Shown: positions 26,989 through 32,000 of the stretch, piece by piece
How the letters are laid out: each line of letters starts with the position of its first letter
How positions within the stretch are numbered: position 1 is the first letter of the stretch
Assembly: GCA_937906345.1 (NCBI GenBank)
Contig: CALCXY010000052.1
Coordinates: 1-32,000 of the forward strand
Length of the DNA stretch: 32,000 bases
Source: Candidatus Woesearchaeota archaeon
GTDB lineage: Archaea > Nanobdellota > Nanobdellia > Woesearchaeales > CALCXY01
Reading direction: 5' to 3'
Made by a program: the position numbers and the translations under genes
Notes under the pieces: generated by a model
Databases searched by the model: none
Seen by the model: the letters and a program-made list of their open reading frames with translations, nothing else
What the model was told of the DNA's origin: nothing

Positions 26989-28539
26989 CTACTTAATTTT
27001 ATGATAAATACTAATTAAAGCATTATAACTTTCTTTTAAGTCTATATTTCCTTTATTATTTAGAATCAGATAATAATCATACGCTTTTTGATATTGTTTA
27101 AGTGCATGTGACATATGTCCTTGTTGGGAAAAAACATAAATTCCCTGAATCATTTCTTGTAATTTGAGTATTCTCCTATCAGTTACATTAGTAAATTGTA
27201 TAGAATCCTTTATGTGAGGAATAGTATCTTCATGGATCATATCTTCTTTGAGATGTTGAAAATCTTCCCTGATATGTTGATGATTCCTATTATCATGTTC
27301 TTTTAAATGACCTAAGGAAGATTTTTCTAATTGAGGATGAAGTTGATTTTCTTGTGTGCCAACACCTTTGGCAAACTCTAAATTATTGATTTCATCTGAT
27401 ACTGTATTCCTAGTTTTATTTGATTCAGGTTGTACATCTTCATGGATCATATCTTCTTTGAGATGTTGAAAATCTTCCCTAACATGTTGATGATCTTTTA
27501 TATTATTTTCTTTTAACTGTCCTAAAGAAATATTAACCTCTGAATGTACCTTCTCATCAGATTCAGCTTTTCTAAACTTTCTTGTATGAAGAGCACTTTT
27601 TAATTTATGAACTTTATCTAAATCAAGAGCTGTACTTTTTACATGTTCTCTTAAACCACTAAGATGGGTAGAAAGAATATTAGAGGCTCTATCAATTTTT
27701 TGCTTAACAATATGGTCCTGTTCTTTACCAATGTCTCCATGTATTTGTTGCACTGATTGAACATGAGAATCTTCTATATGTTGAATTGCTTTAATAACAT
27801 TTGATTTCTCTTGATTTGAAACATTTTTTGACACAAATTGTTTAAGATTATCAATTTCACTTTGTACTCTCTCATGATGTTCCATTAATTGTTGAGTAAC
27901 CTCTTTTTTAATATGATCTGAATCTAAAGTTGCTTGTGCCTTCTCCAATTGAATTTCTTGAATTTTATCAGTTTGTCCTTTATGGATTTGATCATGGAGT
28001 GTTCTAATTTGATGAGACATATGGTCTTTATAATCACTAATGGCTTCTTTCAACTCTTTATTGGTAACTATATCACTTGTTTTTTCTTTGGTTGTTGAGA
28101 AAGACTCAGCAAGAGAGTCTAATTTTTCATTTAAAGCATTAATCTTTTCATTGCTCTCTTGAAAATTCCCAAATTTTTGATTGACTTCTTTGCTTATTTC
28201 ATGAACTCGTTTCACCATCTGATCAGTATAACTTTTATCTTTTTCAATTGTATCAAATTTTTTATCTATATCTTCAATTGCTTTTAGCACATCTTTATTT
28301 TTTCCAATCGCTTTTACTTGATTTCTATAATTAATAATCTCTTTATTTAATAAAATAACCAATTCCTTTAATTTTTCTATGTTTACTTCATTGGTAAGAA
28401 CTCTTTTATCTTCTTCTCGAAGTAATTTTTTAATAGGCAATACTGAAGGGTCTTTAATTTCATTAAAAATCCCTTTTAACGCATCAACTTCTCTCTTTAG
28501 TGTACTTAAAGATTCTTGGCTTTTACTCATTTCCCCCAC
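26989..28539 (-). CDS. Long coiled-coil protein of unknown function with internal repeats
   Basis: Heptad-like sequence; SLGQLKENNIKDHQHVREDFQHLKEDMIHED and SLGHLKEHDNRNHQHIREDFQHLKEDMIHED. Confidence 0.8.
   Translation of the reverse strand: MGEMSKSQESLSTLKREVDALKGIFNEIKDPSVLPIKKLLREEDKRVLTNEVNIEKLKELVILLNKEIINYRNQVKAIGKNKDVLKAIEDIDKKFDTIEKDKSYTDQMVKRVHEISKEVNQKFGNFQESNEKINALNEKLDSLAESFSTTKEKTSDIVTNKELKEAISDYKDHMSHQIRTLHDQIHKGQTDKIQEIQLEKAQATLDSDHIKKEVTQQLMEHHERVQSEIDNLKQFVSKNVSNQEKSNVIKAIQHIEDSHVQSVQQIHGDIGKEQDHIVKQKIDRASNILSTHLSGLREHVKSTALDLDKVHKLKSALHTRKFRKAESDEKVHSEVNISLGQLKENNIKDHQHVREDFQHLKEDMIHEDVQPESNKTRNTVSDEINNLEFAKGVGTQENQLHPQLEKSSLGHLKEHDNRNHQHIREDFQHLKEDMIHEDTIPHIKDSIQFTNVTDRRILKLQEMIQGIYVFSQQGHMSHALKQYQKAYDYYLILNNKGNIDLKESYNALISIYHKIK
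27227..27270. repeat. Exact 44-nt direct repeat, copy 1 (tcttcatggatcatatcttctttgagatgttgaaaatcttccct)
   Basis: Read directly; second copy at 27437. Confidence 0.9.
27437..27480. repeat. Exact 44-nt direct repeat, copy 2, offset 210 bp (70 codons)
   Basis: Identical to 27227-27270. Confidence 0.9.
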
Positions 28540-28749
28540 CTATTTTTTGATAATTTCTTTTAAATCGTTTATTTCTTCACGCAATAGTCTTAATTCTTTT
28601 ACTAGTTCATGCTCTTCAACATTAAATTTTTTTGAAATTTTTCGAAGTTGCCTTAATTCTACTTCTAAAAAGATAAGATAGATAACTACAATAATAGAAA
28701 AAACCATCAATAATTCTAATACAGGAAAACCTCCATCAAGTAATGCCAT
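28540..28749 (-). CDS. Small membrane/coiled-coil protein
   Basis: One TM segment (VLELLMVFSIIVVIYLIFL) plus coiled coil; abuts the large coiled-coil gene. Confidence 0.6.
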   Translation of the reverse strand: MALLDGGFPVLELLMVFSIIVVIYLIFLEVELRQLRKISKKFNVEEHELVKELRLLREEINDLKEIIKK

Positions 28750-28871
28750 TATCCACCTCTTAGATTATAGCAGAATTAGGTATATAAAAGCCTTTTGTTT
28801 TAAATACTCAACCTTTTATAGCATTGAGAACCTAAAACCTTTTAAACCTAAATTTATCATAAATTATTGGG

Positions 28872-30038
28872 GTGCTTAAAATAACAGACCAATACGACTT
28901 TGTCCTAATAGCTAATTCATATTCTAAGTTATTTTCTAAAAAAGTTGCACATTACCTTGATCATCATAAAGATAAGTTAAACTTTAAGTTAGATTCTATA
29001 TCTGATAAATTTTTCCCAGATGGCTCCAGATTTACTCAATTAGCAGGTTCTGTTAGAGGTAATCGTGTATTTGTAATTCATAATTATCTCCTTAATTTTC
29101 CTGATCAAACTAATTATGATCTATTTTTAATTAGTGATGCCTTAAAACGAGCTAATGAGGAAGGATTTATTTTATGCCCAACGTATTTTAATTCTAGAGG
29201 AGATAAAAAAGATGATGGTCGTGTACCCATTCCTGCAAAATTATACGCAAACTTATTAGAAACCTCTGGTGGAAAAAATCTAATGAGGGTAATGACTTGC
29301 CATTTACATGCAAAACAAGAAATGGGTTTTTTTGATATTCCTGTAGATGATGTTCCTTCTTTACCCTTATTTTGTTGGTATATTAAGAGAAGGTTATTCA
29401 AAAAATATTTTGAATCAAATACTGAAAAAGATAATCTTGCTATTTTAGCACCAGATGGAGGAGCATTTAAACTTGCAAAACAAGCAGCTGAATTTTTATC
29501 TGTCCCCGTAGCAACTAGAATGAAAGAGCGTGAAAAATTTAAAAACACTCAGGGCGACATTAAGATGCAAAATATCGATGCTTCTTTTGATATGAAAGAC
29601 CGCCACATTTTAATTTTTGATGATATGCTTGATACAGGAGGAACAATGATTGAAGCTTCAAATGATTTAGTTGAAAAGTATGGTGCAAAAAGTGTGTATT
29701 GTTTTATTACTCATTTTTTAGGCTCTCCAAAAGAGAAAACAAATTCTCCCACAACAGCAGAAGATAAATTTGCAAAAGCTAATAGTAAAATAAAACTAAT
29801 AACAACTGATACTATTCAACGATCAGACGAGTATATTAAAAAAAACAGCTCCTGGTTATGTGCAGTTCTAAGCATGGCTCCTTTTTTAGGTGAAACAATC
29901 TATAGACAATGCAAAGCAATATCAGTAAGTGTATTATATGATAATCCTGAATTATTTGAGTCATTATTAGATAAATGCTTTGCAGAAGATACATTTGATT
30001 ATTATAATCGAGAAAATAAAAATTTACTCCCAGAATAA
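28872..30038 (+). CDS. Ribose-phosphate pyrophosphokinase-like protein, GTG start
   Basis: LILFDDMLDTGGTMIEAS-type PRPP motif (ILIFDDMLDTGGT), LAPDGGAFKLAK, CHLHAKQEMGFFD. Confidence 0.85.
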   Translation: MLKITDQYDFVLIANSYSKLFSKKVAHYLDHHKDKLNFKLDSISDKFFPDGSRFTQLAGSVRGNRVFVIHNYLLNFPDQTNYDLFLISDALKRANEEGFILCPTYFNSRGDKKDDGRVPIPAKLYANLLETSGGKNLMRVMTCHLHAKQEMGFFDIPVDDVPSLPLFCWYIKRRLFKKYFESNTEKDNLAILAPDGGAFKLAKQAAEFLSVPVATRMKEREKFKNTQGDIKMQNIDASFDMKDRHILIFDDMLDTGGTMIEASNDLVEKYGAKSVYCFITHFLGSPKEKTNSPTTAEDKFAKANSKIKLITTDTIQRSDEYIKKNSSWLCAVLSMAPFLGETIYRQCKAISVSVLYDNPELFESLLDKCFAEDTFDYYNRENKNLLPE

Positions 30039-30044
30039 TCCTAT

Positions 30045-31598
30045 CTACTTAAATTTTTTAATACTAAGTTGCCCTTTTCTTGTTCCTTTAGGAACTTCTT
30101 TAATCTCTAAACCAACTTCTTTTTTAACTTTAAGTGCTGTAGCTTTCCCTATGATTTGAGTTAATTTAATAATATCAACATTTTTAATATCTCTTACATC
30201 CTTTACTCCATTCTTAAAAAGATTACGAGCACGCACCCTCCCAATATTTCGAATCCTGATAAGTGCAAATAATTCTTCTTTAATTCCATAACTTAACCGT
30301 AATCTTAATTTACTAAGTTTTCTCCCAACATCAGGAAATTGTAAAATTTTAACAATCTCTTGACAAGAATAAAAAAGCCAATCTGCAATATCTAATTTTA
30401 CTTTCAATTCTCCAGGTCTCACTCCAAATCTTTCAAGAATATATTCTTCATCTTTTTCATTGATCCATTCATCAAACAACATAGCTGTTTTTATTGATTT
30501 CATAAAATCAGCTGAATCATCATCGTAAAAACTTGGCTCATCCATTAATAATCTATCTGCATATTTATTTAATTCCTCTTGCACAATATCATATTCTCTT
30601 GTTGGAACATTAAGCAAAGGCCTCATTTCAAGAGTATAACTCATTAATTGTAAAAAAGAAAAGGATAAAGCCCTAACTGCTGTAGCATTTTTAATTCCTT
30701 TAATTAATTCATGAGCTGTTAAAGGATCTAAATATAATTCTGCTACTCTTTTTCCTAAAAGTGTTGCTTTAAATTTGATATTATCCAGATCTGATGCAGA
30801 AACAAACTCATCTTGCGTTGAAGAAATAAATTCCCACTCTTCTAATAACATAAGCATTTTTTGAATACTCCCTTCAAGTTTATGCATATCTTTAAATTGA
30901 TACGCCCAAAATGTTTTTTCAAAAAATGCAATAATTTGTTCTTTACTTTTCAAGAAATTTGATGCAATTAAACTCAACAAATAGGTTCGAAGAACAGGCT
31001 CTACTGCTAATTTACTGTAGATATCCTCTGGTTCTCCCATAATATATTGATCATATACTGCATCTTTTTCACCTTCAGTCCCTGCTAAACAAATAGCCTC
31101 TCCAAAACTATCATAACTTGGCCTTCCAGCTCTCCCTGCCATTTGTAAATATTCTAAAACTGGAATATTTTTCATTCCCATAGGACCAAATCGCTTTAAA
31201 TCTCTAATTATAGCTCTAAAAGCAGGCAAATCAATTCCTGCAGCTAAAGTAGGAGTACTTGAAATAATTTTAATAACTCCTGATCGAAAATTATCTTCAA
31301 TTAACTCTCTTTGCTTATACGTTAAACCAGCATGATGGAAAGCAGTTCCTTTTTCAACACACGCAGCAAGCCTTTTACATTGTTTAGTAGGTTTAGATAA
31401 AACTCCTAATATTTTTTTAGCCAACAATCCACATTTTTTATCAACTATCTGATTTTTTTTAGCAATCTCCTCTGCTGTTTTCTCAGCACTCCTTTTAGAA
31501 TTGACAAAAACCAATGCTTGTTTTCCTTTTTTAATCGTATCAAGTGCAATATTTAGCGAAGCATCATTCCCTATTTGAAGAATTTTCTTAGTTGCCAT
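30045..31598 (-). CDS. Hel308/Ski2-like helicase C-terminal portion (RecA2, winged-helix, ratchet, HhH); RecA1 domain absent
   Basis: LVFVNSKRSAEKTAEEIAKK, AFHHAGLTYKQRELIEDNFRSG, TPTLAAGIDLPAFRAIIRD, YLQMAGRAGRPSYDSFGEA; no Walker A or DExH motif. Confidence 0.88.
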   Translation of the reverse strand: MATKKILQIGNDASLNIALDTIKKGKQALVFVNSKRSAEKTAEEIAKKNQIVDKKCGLLAKKILGVLSKPTKQCKRLAACVEKGTAFHHAGLTYKQRELIEDNFRSGVIKIISSTPTLAAGIDLPAFRAIIRDLKRFGPMGMKNIPVLEYLQMAGRAGRPSYDSFGEAICLAGTEGEKDAVYDQYIMGEPEDIYSKLAVEPVLRTYLLSLIASNFLKSKEQIIAFFEKTFWAYQFKDMHKLEGSIQKMLMLLEEWEFISSTQDEFVSASDLDNIKFKATLLGKRVAELYLDPLTAHELIKGIKNATAVRALSFSFLQLMSYTLEMRPLLNVPTREYDIVQEELNKYADRLLMDEPSFYDDDSADFMKSIKTAMLFDEWINEKDEEYILERFGVRPGELKVKLDIADWLFYSCQEIVKILQFPDVGRKLSKLRLRLSYGIKEELFALIRIRNIGRVRARNLFKNGVKDVRDIKNVDIIKLTQIIGKATALKVKKEVGLEIKEVPKGTRKGQLSIKKFK

Positions 31599-31620
31599 AA
31601 AATAAGGTAGGATAGGTACA

Positions 31621-31630
31621 TATATAAATC
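31621..31630 (-). promoter_or_regulatory. Candidate TATA box (GATTTATATA) for the Hel308-like ORF
   Basis: About 23-32 nt upstream of ATG at 31598. Confidence 0.5.
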
Positions 31631-31650
31631 TTTACACATTCTTTTTTTGT

Positions 31651-32000
31651 ATGTCAGATAATAAAGTTGGAGCTGGAATGGGAATTATCCTTCTAAAAGA
31701 TAATACAAAGATTTTATTTGGAAAACGTCATATAGATCCTGATAAAGCTGATTCAGAGATGCGTGGAGAAGGAACATGGACCTTACCTGGCGGCAAGATT
31801 GAATACCAAGAATCATTTGAAGAAACTGCTATTAGAGAGGTAAAAGAAGAAACTGATATTGATGTTAAAGATTGCCAAGTAATCTGTGTAAATAATAATA
31901 AAAACAAACATGCTCATTTTGTTACAATAGGATTATACTCTGATAATTTTAAAGGAGAACCGAGTGTTATGGAACCTGATGAAATAACTGAATGGCAATG
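31651..32000 (+). CDS. NUDIX hydrolase, truncated by window edge
   Basis: GTWTLPGGKIEYQESFEETAIREVKEETDI matches the Nudix box GX5EX7REUXEEXGU. Confidence 0.93.
   Translation, partial: MSDNKVGAGMGIILLKDNTKILFGKRHIDPDKADSEMRGEGTWTLPGGKIEYQESFEETAIREVKEETDIDVKDCQVICVNNNKNKHAHFVTIGLYSDNFKGEPSVMEPDEITEWQ

Noticed and set aside
28379-28681. Plus-strand 100-aa ORF
   Set aside because: Antisense to the coiled-coil genes; Ser/Phe-rich complement of Lys/Glu-rich coding sequence.
29114-29548. Minus-strand 144-aa ORF
   Set aside because: Antisense to the ribose-phosphate pyrophosphokinase-like gene.
1-32000. CRISPR arrays or rRNA genes
   Set aside because: No regularly spaced direct repeats and no rRNA-like sequence were seen; the 44-nt repeat at 27227/27437 is coding and occurs only twice.

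Overview
Archaeal chromosomal window, probably DPANN-like judging by the mix of archaeal core genes (thermosome, CDP-archaeol synthase, diphthine synthase, uS15, Hel308/XPD helicases, archaeal RecJ-like DHH protein) with a bacterial-type RsmI. It divides into two parts. (A) 1-~9.67 kb is accessory. A leftward cluster (6656 to beyond the left edge) encodes a two-repeat protein, a 2OG-Fe(II)-oxygenase-like protein, a 1251-aa SNF2-type helicase fused to a SAM methyltransferase, and two tandem paralogues sharing an N-terminus. Next to it are two orphan ORFs, one with a possible ART-like C-terminus. After that comes a wHTH-nucleotidyltransferase (MNT)/HEPN pair. Two truncated, in-frame copies of the 3' end of an alanyl-tRNA-synthetase/AlaX-like gene (8322-8429 and 9616-9672) bracket the MNT/HEPN pair, suggesting repeated integration at an alaS-like 3' end. 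(B) ~9.7-32 kb is mostly core. Oddities there are: a K+ channel overlapping a 7TM-DUF835-RCK fusion; a tRNA-Gln(TTG) with an approximately 24-nt insertion between acceptor and D arm and a LAGLIDADG ORF 30 nt upstream; a DUF2062-like gene broken at an A7 run; a Hel308-like ORF lacking its first RecA domain; a membrane-anchored phage tail-collar-like protein; and a coiled-coil gene with an exact 44-nt internal repeat. Family calls are from recognised motifs only; no database search was run.
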